Source: Octopus vulgaris (taxonomy: Eukaryota). Taken from it: 64,000 bases of DNA. A program made the position numbers and the translations under genes. The notes under the pieces are model-generated. The model was given only the letters and a program-made list of their open reading frames with translations, had not been told where the DNA came from and did not search any database. The DNA lies in NCBI GenBank assembly GCA_951406725.2, contig OX597817.1, positions 16,244,001-16,308,000 on the forward strand. Direction: 5' to 3'. Positions 51,764 to 64,000 of this stretch are shown here, one piece after another; the stretch's first letter is position 1; every line of letters starts with the position of its first letter.

Positions 51764-51821
<58 letters not shown>

Positions 51822-52431
51822 CACCCACAGACACACATACACTTATCAAATCATAGTGGCGATTATTAATTGAGTAATTGTTGCATTGTGCCCTATCAGT
51901 GATTAAATATCTTTCTTAGAAAAACTAAAATTGTACTGCATAATTTTGTCTATCTCCATTGTAAAGCCGCTGAAAACTTATCTCCTTGAAAGCCACCATC
52001 CAATTTATTATTCCAGTAAAGTACCTAGAATGTATTTTCACTACTTTAAGTAATACAGTTATATATTTCCCCGTGATAAATTGACTCCCTTTTTTTCTTC
52101 TTTTTTATACATCCGCTTTTAATAGATTTACACACCAACCACTCACGTTATCATTAACTGCAATATATTGTGTCACTCTTGTTCAGTAGCGGCGATTGAA
52201 GTGAACAGTCATTGAGTCGTGTGGATGTCACGCGAGCTATTTTGTGGTTGATATTCTATATTTTCTTTATGCAATGTATCTGAAACCCATTCTTCGCGGG
52301 TTTTTTTCTCTAATCTACGTAAGCGTTAAGTCGTAACACCGACTACTCGTCTAGTCGTTGTGCACTTTCAGTGATTAGACACTTCGATTTGGTAAATTAG
52401 ATTTGTAAGGGGTTGATATGCGTCTATTAGT

Positions 52432-52587
52432 AGTTGTTGTTGTTGTTGTTGTTGTTGTCGTCGTCGTCGTCGTCGTCGTCGTCGTTGTTGTTGTTGTTGC
52501 TGCTGCTGCTGCTGTTGTTGTTGTTGTGGTGGTTATTGTTGTTGTTGTTGCTGCTGCTGCTGCTACTGCTGCTGTTTTTGATGATGT

Positions 52588-52638
<51 letters not shown>

Positions 52639-52670
52639 CGACGACGACGACGACGATGATGATGATGATG
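52432..52670. repeat. Compound trinucleotide array (GTT/GTC/GCT/GAT/GAC)
   Basis: Direct reading. Confidence 0.95.
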
Positions 52671-52770
52671 TTTAACCTGAGCTCAGCTCTAGTTGAGCAA
52701 GTCTATGATCAGGGACGTTCCCGCCATGCCCATACTATCTTATTTTGTTTTAAGCACAATACATATTACT

Positions 52771-53092
52771 GGCACTCCGTCGGTTACGACGACGAGGGTT
52801 TCCAGTTGATCTGATCAATGGAACAGCCTGCTCGTGAAATTAATGCGCAAGTGGCTGAGCACTCCACAGATACGCGTACCCTTAACGTAGTTCTCAAGGA
52901 AATTCAGCGTGACACAGAGCGTGACAAGGATGGCCCTTTGAAATACAGGTGCTACTCATTTTTGTTAGCTGAGTGGACTGGAAGAACATGAAATAAAGTG
53001 TCTTGCTCAAGGACACAACACGCCGCCGGGAATTGAACTCACGGCTTTACGATCGTGAGCCGGGTGCCCTAACCACTTAGCCACGCGCCTTT
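52771..53092 (-). mobile_element. SINE with CORE-like body and family B tail
   Basis: Minus strand: tRNA head, gtgtccttgagcaagacacttt, then the family B 3' half. Confidence 0.85.
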
Positions 53093-53229
53093 ACAGTATA
53101 TATGGAACGACTACATTACCCAATGCATCCTTCCTTCCTATTTACTTGGGGAATTGGCACAGCTAGAATGTGCGTCGCCCCCGTTTGCTAACCTTTAAAC
53201 AGGATTATACTGCAGAGTCAAAAGTATAT

Positions 53230-53450
53230 ATTTCTTTATTGCCCACAAGGGGCTAAACATAGAGGGGACAAACAAGGACAGACAAAGGGATTAAGTCAAT
53301 TACATCGACCCCAGTGCGTAACTGGTACTTAATTTATCGACCCCGAAAGGATGAAAGGCAAAGTCAACCTCGGCGGAATTTGAACTCAGAACGTAGCGGC
53401 AGACGGCTACACATTTCGCCCGGCGTGTTAACGTTTCTGCCAGCTCACCG
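53230..53450 (-). mobile_element. SINE family C
   Basis: Sequence match; TSD-like gcagagtcaaaagtat on both sides. Confidence 0.9.
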
Positions 53451-53801
53451 CAGAGTCAAAAGTATCGCCTCCTTTCGACCCCTGCGAGCTACAATATGAG
53501 AAAAATTTGACAGCTATTTCAGCCAGACAAAGCAACAACGAAGAAGCTCCTTCGCTTCCTTTTAATGTGTCTCGCTTCCCCATCACTCTAAACCACTCTG
53601 ATACCTCTGACTTTTTCACGACAGCACATTCATCAGCCCCTCCACTGAGCCTATTAACCCTCTGCCCCTCCCCCGCAATCTCCCTGTTAGCTGCCACGTT
53701 TCGGGGATTTTCAGGGATTCCAGTTTAGCAGGAACCTCCCTGCGCAACTGATCTATGTATTCCCAGGCAACCGTTATAATGTACCATTACCGTTTTAGTA
53801 T

Positions 53802-54217
53802 ACCTATTTCTTTACTGCCCACAAGAGGCTAAACACAGAGAGGACAAACAAGGACAGACGAACGGATTAAGTCGTTAATATCGACCCTAGTGCATAACCG
53901 GTACTTATTTAATCGACCCCGAAAGGATGAAAGGCAAAGTCGACCTCGGCGGAATTTGAACTCAGAGCGTAGCGACAGACGAAATACTGCTAAGCATTTC
54001 GCGCGGCGTGCTAACGTTTCTGCCAGCTCGCCGCCTTACTGTTTTAGTATACCTATTTCTTTATTACCCACAAGGGGCTAAACACAGAGGGGACAAACAA
54101 GGACAGACATAGGTATTAAGTCGATTAGATCGACCCCAGTGCGTAACTGGTACTTAATTTATCGACCCCGAAAGGATGAAAGGCAAAGTCGACCTCGGCG
54201 GAATTTGAACTCACAAC
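53802..54217 (-). mobile_element. Two tandem SINE family C copies (53802-54037, 54051-54217)
   Basis: Repeated target ttagtatacc at all three junctions. Confidence 0.9.
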
Positions 54218-54609
54218 TTAGTATACCATTTTTAAGACACTAGCAGTATCGACGAAGAGAAATTACTCAGAAACTATTGGTCTACAGGTATCACTACGGC
54301 TATAAATGGAGCGGTAGACTCCCTTGCTCACAGTCTACGGGACACAAATCATGTTTCGGTAGTCAGCTAGAAAAGATGTTTTCCTGGAGATAAAAATTAG
54401 TAACATCGTCCTGCGTGGGACTGCCACGTTGCGTTGGCAAATAGACTTTACTGTACGGTACTGTTACTACGTATTTCTCGCTCGAGATTTAAAACTAGAA
54501 TATTCACTCATTTTTTGAAAATGGCAATTTTTCTAAAACATATATGAACATACGTGTGTATGTGTATACATATGTGTGTGTGTGTGTGTATGCATGTGTG
54601 TATGTGTGC

Positions 54610-54684
<75 letters not shown>

Positions 54685-55473
54685 TATGGATCAACCTCAA
54701 AGGCATTCTAGACGTAACTATTTTTCTCCAGGGACTACATTATCCTATGACAGTAAGGTGCGATTTGAGAGAAGTATGACTGCTATCTCTAGCAGATTTC
54801 CCTCGTGGTTTGTCTATCTGTGTGTGTGTGTGTGTGTGTGCGTGTGCGCGCGCGCATAGTGTGTGTGTGTATAAGCAATCAACTTAAAGGTATGCTGAAA
54901 AGCAAAAGCCCAAAAACACACATCATTCTTGAGAGGCGAAGAACCTTCTACAATGTCCTGGTATATATTAAATTAAAGAGGTAAAAATGCATTATTAGTG
55001 GCTTGAAACAGAGACAGGTGCATTGGTTAACAGTGAAATGGAAAGGGCGTGCAGGTGGTGCCTTTTAATAGTAGCTGAAATAGCCGCAGAGAGGGCACGT
55101 GACGTCAATGAGAGACAGGTGTTACTTTTGCAGTTGTTGGCATTGGTGTTGTTATTGTTGGTGGTGGTGTTGTGTGGGTGTGTGTTTGTCTTGTGTGTGC
55201 GTGTACGTGTGTGTGTTTGTGTGTGTGTGTGCGTTTAAGTGTAAGTGTATGCGCTGTAGTTATTTCCCTTTAAGAAAATATTTTGAAAATAAAACTCCTT
55301 ACACAGGTGCTTCAAGAATCTGGGAGTATTGCCATTTTACTCTAATCCAAGAACAAGAGGCGGAAAGAATGTAAATTGTCATAAAAATTCAAATTTTATA
55401 TATTAAAAAAGAAAATTAACATTTCTCCAAACTGGTACAAGGGGGAAAACTCAAGCATTTTCTTGATACATAT

Positions 55474-55813
55474 ACTCTTTTACTGGTTTCAGTCATTTGA
55501 CTGTGGCCATGCTGGAGCACCGCCTTTAGTCGAGAAAATCTACCCCAGGGCTTATTCTTTCTAAGCCCAGTACTTATTCTATCGGTCTCTTTTGCTGAAC
55601 CGCTAAGTTACGGGGACATAAACACACCAGCATCGGTTGTCAAGCGATGTTGGGGGTCAAACACAGACACACACACACAGACAGACACACACACACATAT
55701 ATATATATATGTCCTGTACTCCCGTATAATTATTTATATATGCATGTATATATACATGTAGATGTAGGTACGTACATATATGTTTGTATGTATGCATATA
55801 TTTTTATTTATCT

Positions 55814-55873
<60 letters not shown>

Positions 55874-56038
55874 CATGACAGGCTTCTGTCAGTTTCCGTC
55901 TACCAAATCCACTCACAAGGCTTTGGTCGGTTCGAGGCTCTAGTAGAAGACACTTGCCCAAAGTGCCACGCAGTGGGACTGAACCCGGAACCATGTAGTT
56001 CGTAAGCAAACTACTTACCACACAGCCACTCCTGCGCC
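55474..56038 (-). mobile_element. SINE family A with a 100-bp insert in its microsatellite
   Basis: Insert 55710-55812 matches 6317-6412. Confidence 0.9.
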
Positions 56039-56310
56039 TATATATATTCCACAAATATAGATTCAAAGTGTTTACAATTAGTTGTATAACTCTCGTGAAT
56101 GATGATGACAATCCATCTGATAGCATTCCTATTAAACCTAATAACTTATCTACGCAGTTAGTGGGCTCTGAGCATGTAAAATTAATTGAGATACCCCGAG
56201 AAGCCATTAAAATTTTTGCAGTTGAATTCAACTCCCGATTCAGAAGTTATTGCCGCTGTAATTTGAGTTAGAAATTCACTGGGTCAATCGACTGTTGTCG
56301 TTCCCCAATC

Positions 56311-59300
56311 ATATGTGTACGTTGTGTTTGGCCAAGAATTGACTAGTTACATATTCGTGTGGTGAGGGACAGGAGATTCCTCTTTCATAATTCTCTTTAA
56401 CCTGAGGTCAAGCAGCGACCAAGAATCGTGTCCTCTCAGGAAACTCTAAACTCTAGATGTGAACTCAAAACTACTGATTAACAAGAACCTTCTCAATACT
56501 ACGTAGCTGTTGCTTACAACAATCGACCGAGTCTGTTACCCAACGGCTTTACTAAAAAGACTGAGATTGAAGTGGTTTTTAACCATTTGTAACTTGGTTA
56601 GATGGGGTGTTGATCCTTTTGGCTTATTAGCTTAGGCTGAATTTGGCTGTGTGCTGCTTCCCATATAAGACAAGTCCATTTCAGATTTTCGATGAGACCA
56701 TTTATTTAGACATCAACATTTCAGTGACAACAAAAGTTACTCGATGGAGGCTATATCTCTGATGATCAGTTGAGAATCATGTGTATATGTTGTGTTTGGC
56801 CAAGAATTGATTAGTTACATATTCGTGATGTGAGAGACAGGAGATTCCTCTTTCATAATTCTCTTTAACCTGAGGTCAAGCAGCGACCAAGAATCTTGTC
56901 CTCTCAGGAAACTCTAAAACTTTTGCCCTGATTGTCCCGTGCTCCTATATTTATAGCCATATTTTGGCAGAAATTTCATGGAAAATTCCACTTCAAATCG
57001 TACGATCGCAGCTGAAATAAAATTGGCTGATAATTAACCCAACATCGCCTAATATGCTATGACCTATCACTCATTACTGAGCTAATGTGGTTTCAGTTCT
57101 AAACCCCTCGACAGTACTTACCTTCCAGTGAAGTTGTCGGAGGACAGGTGAATGAGGATAAAATGGTAACAAAATCATTGCAATGCGAATGAACAATGTG
57201 CAATGTATGCGTTATAATAAATAAAACTAGCAAAGAAAAGCCATCAAAAAATAAATTACTTACAGACATGGCATGTAGGCCTTGAATGAGACGTCATGCG
57301 AAAAGTTACTTGCAGAAATGTACAGGGCCACAATACTGTCAATATTAATAAAACATACAGAAAACTGTATACGAAAAATAACAGACACAAGATAGAGAAC
57401 ATTCTAAATTTTAAAACTCTAACTTGCAATACGGCAAACAAGGCAAGTTTTGAAATGCAAAATACGAAAGCAAAAAGCCATGTAACAAAGTGAAAGCAAA
57501 TAAATTATTGCCCGTGTTCAGACTTCTAATATGCAAAACTGTGCTGAAACGCGAAACGTGCAAATAGAGAAGTCAGTTCTCAGAGATAACGGTTTTGAGA
57601 ACAATGGAGTGTTTGTCTTCTGTCTGTATATATGTTGACAGAAACTATCAGCGATGTTGGGTGCATTAAGCCATTTCAATTTATTCTATATTCAACGTGA
57701 CCATTGCGAGGTCTTATAGAGGAAAGTAGCTGGCTTGAAGCAAGGCGCAGAAAAAGAATGGTTTGTATTCTTTATACGCGAAAATGCTAAGAGAACAGGG
57801 CAAATGCGTAATTAAATATATGTATGCACGTAGTTTACATTTAAAAACAAAGTGCAGCAAAAATTTATTCTAACAAGAAGAGTGCAGTTTAATTTAGTAA
57901 CGTGAGAAAACTGCAAACATTTACACAAAAATATAAAGCAAAAAACCATTGCAAGAGAACAGTTGGTAATGTAAATTCATAGATGGTGCATAATCTTTCA
58001 TGCAATGTAATAAGCATGTGTGTATGAAATTGACTGCAGGCGAAGTCGGCAGGAAAATTCGTTAACTTTGGACATGATACTTGCAAAGATATTAACATGT
58101 TTACGAACGAGTAACATCTGCAGAGAAGGAGAATTTTTTTCCATTTTTTAAAAATAAAATTGAAACGAAGAGTAAACATAAAAACAAGCACAGAAAAAGT
58201 TCTTGAGAGTCTCTTCTGTGAAATCATGTATGCAAAGCAGTTTTGTTGCAATTTGTTGTTGTGCCACCGATCCAATTCGTCGTTGTGTTGTCTGGTTGAT
58301 ATTAGCTGCTAACAGACTAATTATCATTCGTGGCTGTCGACCGGTAACGAAATGTTATGTTCATGTTGGCGTTGAAGTTCAACAGTTAATGGTTGAATTA
58401 ACTTGTTATTGTGTTGTTGTTGACGTCGGAGGTACCAATGTATGGAAGGTTGAGGTCTGTGCTTTGTAAAAGCCATATCGAATTGTAAATTGCATTATTT
58501 GTATTTTTGCCGGACGTTTTCGTCTTGAAGTTTGTTGAGCGACTCTTTCGCTGTTGAATTCAGCAGTTTGTATTGTAGTGACGCTATACAGCGGCGCGCG
58601 CGCGCACCGTCCATTCCTGTTTCGCGCGTGCGGAGTTTGTGCCTTCACCAAGGCAGAGAGAGGAAAGGCCCTCTCGCGCATGCGCGAAGCACCGGAAGAA
58701 GGACCCTTTTGCCTACGTGGCAGTTAGCCGAGGCAGGGGGATCGTAGGACGTTGACCACTAGCGTCCAGCAGCAGTCATTGACTTGAGACACAGCGATTG
58801 AAGGCAACGGACGTTAGTTCTTTCTCTCTGTCCGAACTTGATCATAGCAGCAGCCTTTACCAAAAGACTTTTAACCTGAATTGTTGCAGACCACATCTTC
58901 TCCCTGTTCCGGACGCCATCTTTGACCAGTGTCGTTAGCATTTGAACACTGTAAATTCTACAGCGATAAAGTTCAGCTCTGACACATCTATACCAAAGGG
59001 ATACCCAGATATACCACTTATTTGTTACTGTCATAAGAGAATAAAGTAGATATATATTTTTTACGTTTGCGTCTTGTTGTTTCTGACTGGTAGAATCTGG
59101 ATTATTAAAGCAACGGAAAGTGATTGCTTCTCGCACCCCCAAAAGGTCCACACAAGATATTCACACTTTCGTTACAGAGGTGTCGGCGTCGAGTTGATAT
59201 CTCATTTGTTGTTTTGGTCGCCATTTCTAACGACGAACTGGTCATTGATTTTCTGTCTTGAAAGACGTTTGCTATCAACGTGACTGGCCTTGACTGACAT

Positions 59301-60395
59301 TTCTTGCGCCGGAGGTCTCCATTGTAGCTTGATTAATCGTCGGGTGTCGGCAATGTAACTAGTTTGGACGTCGTGGGTCACTATTTTAACTTAGCTTGCT
59401 GGATGTTGACGTCAGGATTACCAAATTGGTAAGCTGTAATTAAGCGTAGGAGGGTCATCATTTTATCTTGTAGTTCCATGTTAGAATCATTTGCTTGTTT
59501 GATGTCGAGGTCATTTGCATAACTTTTATAAACAAGAGTTAAATTATTGCCAGAGCTGAATTTGGCTGCGTGATGCTTCCCATATAAAACCAAGTCCGTT
59601 TCAGATTTTCGACGAGACCATTTATTTAGACATGAACACTACATTGATCACAAAAGTTACTTGCCGGAGACTTTATCACTGATCATCAGTAGAGAGTCAT
59701 ACATGAATGCTGTGTTTGACCAAGGATTGGCTAGTTTCATATTTGTGTGGTGAGAGGCGGGAGATATATATGGCTCAGAAACCTGGACGCTATCAAAGAA
59801 GCTTGAGAGGCGGTTGGATGGAACCTACACTCGCCTCCTTATGAGAGCTCAAAATCTCTCGTGGAAGCGCCATCCAACCAAAATGCAAATATATGGGAAA
59901 CTACCACCTGTGTCAGTTTGCTGGACATTGTTGTAGAGCTGAAAAAGAAGTAATTTCTACTCTTCTCCTCTGGAAGCCATCTACTCGCAATGCCAGAGGG
60001 CGCACACTCTCCTACCCTGATGTAATCTCCAGGGATACAGCCATCCAGCAACAGGACCTCCGTAATGCCATGATGGACCGTGAAGTCTGGCGTAGCATGG
60101 TAAATTTCATTGTCTCGACCACGGTCGAACAATGATGATGATGATTAACCTGGGGTTGAGCAGCGACCAAGAATTCTGTCCTCTCAGGAACTCCTGAAAC
60201 CTATACCCTGATTTCCTGCGCTTCTATATTTATGGCCATATTACGGCAGGAAAACCATAGAAAATTCCACTTCAAACCGTACGATCGAATAATTGCAGAT
60301 GAAATATCGTAAACTGGCAATTAGGCCGCTATTACCTGATATGCCGTAGCCTATTCCTCGTTACTGGGCTAACGCTATTTCAATTCTGAACCTCG
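56311..60395. repeat. Dispersed direct repeats, LTR-like (56311-56451, 56634-57110, 59554-60395)
   Basis: gctgaatttggctg..ccaaga..gcagcgaccaagaat..cctctcagga..ctatatttat..ttccacttcaaa.cgtacgatcg recurs. Confidence 0.75.
59766..60145 (+). mobile_element. RTE/RTEX-like LINE 3' fragment
   Basis: YGSETWTLSKKLERRLDGTYTRLLMRA..FAGHCCR..MMDREVWR; (ATG)n tail. Confidence 0.9.
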
Positions 60396-60424
60396 CTACT
60401 TAAACAAAAGTGCCATTTCGCATA

Positions 60425-61274
60425 CCGTAAATCATCGAGCATAGTCCGCCCTTGAGTATAATACGCAGGGGATTTTTAGGGGGCTGTACCTCTGAAAAGC
60501 CTAAACCTTGTGTATAATACGCACCCCTTCCCTAACTTGCGTCAAGGAGGTCTATATAACGTCCTTGGTTTGTAAAAATGTATACGGTAACGCCATTCAG
60601 CATATGATATAACTTCAAGTTTAAACATCGCTGAATAATATCTACGAGGCATTTTATGGGCATGTAATGTATAAAATGTTTTATTAGAGGTTAACGTACA
60701 GGTTTAAGTCCCGCTTATAAAACACCCTAGTAAAGACCCACAGTAGTTCAAACATTTAATACTGGTATTTAATTAAGTATCTATTGTTTGCCACGGTAAT
60801 GATGCAAACTGTCAATACAAACAGCAGGATGAAGTATTTAGCGCTAAACTATTAAGCATAATTCGTGCATAATTAAGCCAGCAGCACCTAATCGAACAAA
60901 CACTTCCGCCGCATGCGTAATACAATAATGATGATGTTCTTAACTGTTATATGGGAATGTAAATATGTTTGCAAATTGTTTTTGTTACATGTTATTCTAT
61001 GTTCTGAATACTTTTATTTTAATAAATGTTGCTTACTGCAAGTTATGGATGATTCTTTTATGACTTCATTGCTTTCAGGCTTAGCTTAAGGTATTTTCGC
61101 GCCCAACATCACAAAATGCGTCTGAGTAAACATTGCCGGACAGCAAATAGAGACTCGGACATTGCTGAGAAAATATTTTTCGTTTTTAACCTCGTATATA
61201 GTACGCACTAGGGATTTTGACCTTTAAATTTATGGGGGGGAGGGGGAATGCGGATTATACTCGAAGATTTACGG
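60425..61274. mobile_element. Non-autonomous Tc1/mariner (Tc2/pogo-like) element
   Basis: TA|ccgtaaatcatcgagcatagtccgc ... gcggattatactcgaagatttacgg|TA. Confidence 0.85.
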
Positions 61275-61571
61275 TACTCAAATTTGAAAGTGAAGGACCT
61301 TATGTGATGACTGTTTATAATTTTCAAAGCTAAATGCAGTATTGGTGGTTTGAAGCACAGCCAAATGCATTGATTAACTGTCGGATTGAGAACATGTTCT
61401 GCTCCCAAATTTGACATGTAGTGCATGCTAAAATAGCTGCAGAGAGGATACACGTAATGGTGGTTGGTCATGCGGAAGAAAGATAAGGGTTTTTTACTAC
61501 GAACAGTAGAACAGTTTTAACAATACGAGCGCCGAAGCTCTTAAATTGTTATCAAGAGCCCTATTGACTTT

Positions 61572-61632
<61 letters not shown>

Positions 61633-62322
61633 CTCTCTCTCTCTCACTCCCTCTCTCTCTCTCACTCCCCCTCTCTCTCTCTCACTCACCCTCTCTCTCT
61701 CTATCACTCGCTCTCTCTCTCTCGCTCTCTCTCTCTCTTGCTCTCGCTCACTCCTCTCTCTCTCTTTCTCTATCTCTCCCTCTTTCCCATATTTTGCAAA
61801 AACAAAAAAAAACGCAAAAGTTAATTTTGCGCTGTAATTTATAACCTATATTCTCTTTAAGTGCTCCATCCAATATGTACCGCTTTTTATCATATTTACG
61901 TGGACTACTATCCCTTATGTTAAATTTGAGTGAAAATTATTTAAGGCAAATACGAAACTGCATCAAATTTTGGTGCACTACAAATCATGTTTCTGTTTTT
62001 TTAATTTTGATCCCGACATAGATGGTTTTTTTCTTCATATTATGATCCCGACAATGATGGATTTTTTAGCTTTTTTTTTTTTTTGAAAATTTATTTAAAA
62101 TATTGTACCTGGTTTAGATATTTTATTTCTTAAGAAATCATAGCCCATCAACTATTCAATGTGTCTATAACAATTCCTCGGCATCTGCCGCTTTCTAGCA
62201 AGCTCACAACTCTCCAAGGGGGCAGGTACTACTGAACGGGTTAAGAATTACTGTTAGATCTTTTCGGATATCTGATGTGATTTCCAATTCAATATTGTAC
62301 CAATAATATATTGTGTCAAACT

Positions 62323-62540
62323 AAAGTGGCTTGCTGGCAGAATTGTTGGCATGCCAGGCAAAATACCATAACAGCATTTCGTCCGTCTTTACATTCTGAG
62401 TTCAAATGCCGCTGAGGACGACTTTGCCCTTCATCTTTTGGGATCGGTAAAATAAGTACCACTTGAACCCTGAGGTTGATGTAATTTGATTTACCCCTAC
62501 CTCGAAATTGCTGGCCTTTTGCCAAAGTTTGAAACTAATA
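62323..62540 (+). mobile_element. Family C-related SINE, old
   Basis: Diverged head, core and aatttgaaac-type tail. Confidence 0.75.
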
Positions 62541-62984
62541 TATTGAGTCAAACTCAAACTGTACTTTTGCAGGAAAAAAGCCAGGTCGTATATGAGAGGG
62601 GTCCAGTTGGTGGAACGGTCCAGAACTTGGAAAGACGAGAAGGGACCCATGACTATCTGCCAGGACTGTCGCTTGTAAAATGATTTTGAGAGGTTTCTTC
62701 TCACTAAATTTCTTCCCAAGGCTCTTTTCCTTCTCCGTCCACCTCTCAGGTGTAAGGTCGATGCAGTTGATGTCGGTAAGATGAGATTTCCATAGAACTG
62801 TATTTCCTGGATGAAAGAGAAGGAAAGTATGAAATACTAGTTTTGAAGGCTGACTGACGAAAGGAAGTGAAACAAGGGTATCAGGTGGGTGGGTAGGTTG
62901 ATGAGGTGATAGTGTGCAAATTCAGTGAACGTATTTGCCAGTCAACGAAATAATATCTGGTTGAACGAGGCGTTCACGCACACG

Positions 62985-63036
<52 letters not shown>

Positions 63037-63206
63037 GATGTTTGGATGAATGAGAAGACGAAATTCTAAGTCTCTCTTTTTTTGTAAGATAATATCAGAT
63101 ATGACGGTACAATAGAGAACTACAAGAAATGAAAAAGCGATGTCGTATTGGACTGGTTCCGTAATTATGACAATGAAAGAGAAAGGGAGACAGGAAAGAA
63201 AGGGCG

Positions 63207-63255
<49 letters not shown>

Positions 63256-63775
63256 CAAAGGCCATCTACTTTGTAGTTTTTAAGTTGGTAACAACTCCAG
63301 GTTGTTTGTGCCGCAAAAACTCAAATCAAACAGTTGACAGTCGAATAGGGGCTGACGTGAACGCTTTGCTACAGTCTGTTCTTTTGCTTCTCCCTCTTTT
63401 TCTGCTTTTTCTGCTTGATTGGTTAATTTAATGTTGGCGTCATTAAATGAGTTTGAGGAAAAATAGTGTTCAGTTTTCTGCTAACTAAAATCACTCAGTG
63501 ATTTTGATGTGTAGTTGTTGGGCGTCATTGAGTAGAGCGTTTTGCTAATGTCGTTAATTTTATGTGTCCCAGTTGTTTATCAAAAATGTTCTGACTCGAA
63601 GTAAAAAAAAAAAAAACCTTGTTCCAAAGGGAGGTAGAGATCTGCTACATTACTACCATTGCAGACAGCCGGATATGTAACAATGAACGAAATCAGGATA
63701 CATGTATATCATTCTGTGTTACTGGTGTTGACAGCTTCTACAGAGAAATGGTGTATAAACAGCAAACGATAAGAA

Positions 63776-63981
63776 ATATTGTTGTATTTCAGGACGGTCC
63801 TTTTTTTTTTTGCCAAATAAACACGCGCACTATATATTCGTTCTTCACTCGTTTATTACTGTTCTTATTCACGAGTAAAAATAACAACTATAATAAACGA
63901 GTGAAAAACGAAAATATAGAGCTTGTGTTTCTCTGTCAAAAAAAATTAAAAGAAAATAACCATCCCGAAATACAACAATAT
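63776..63981. mobile_element. Foldback MITE-like inverted repeat
   Basis: atattgttgtatttcaggacggt / accatcccgaaatacaacaatat and ttcactcgtttatta / taataaacgagtgaa. Confidence 0.7.
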
Positions 63982-64000
63982 CCGAAACGGATCTATTGCA

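Noticed and set aside
52418-52814. Poly-V/A/D and poly-L/M ORFs
   Set aside because: Compound trinucleotide microsatellite
62740-62975. Possible LINE ORF2 3' remnant on the minus strand
   Set aside because: Only a faint LW motif resemblance; insufficient evidence

Overview
AT-rich eukaryotic, gene-poor (intergenic or intronic) DNA. It is most consistent with a coleoid cephalopod such as Octopus, inferred from the tRNA-derived SINE families and the extreme microsatellite density. I found no intact protein-coding gene: nearly all listed ORFs are microsatellite or SINE read-throughs. The window holds three abundant tRNA-derived SINE families, an RTE-like bipartite element, many non-autonomous Helitrons (one with a PIF1-like helicase remnant), a SINE-interrupted Tc1 element, several MITEs, and fragments of L1/Tx1, R4/Dong-like, CR1 and RTE LINEs. 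The most interesting signal is a set of non-coding inserts in (TA)n tracts, probably Penelope-like, that are often palindromic and carry RNA structure. These include type I hammerhead ribozymes (one in each arm of a 2.56 kb palindrome) and a hammerhead whose three strands are in a non-circularly permuted order (6127-6203). They also include a family of four diverged inserts sharing a covarying multi-helix fold that I cannot assign to a known RNA class; three of the four carry an inverted arm that starts at the same internal point. All alignments and folds were read by eye, and boundaries of diverged repeats are approximate.
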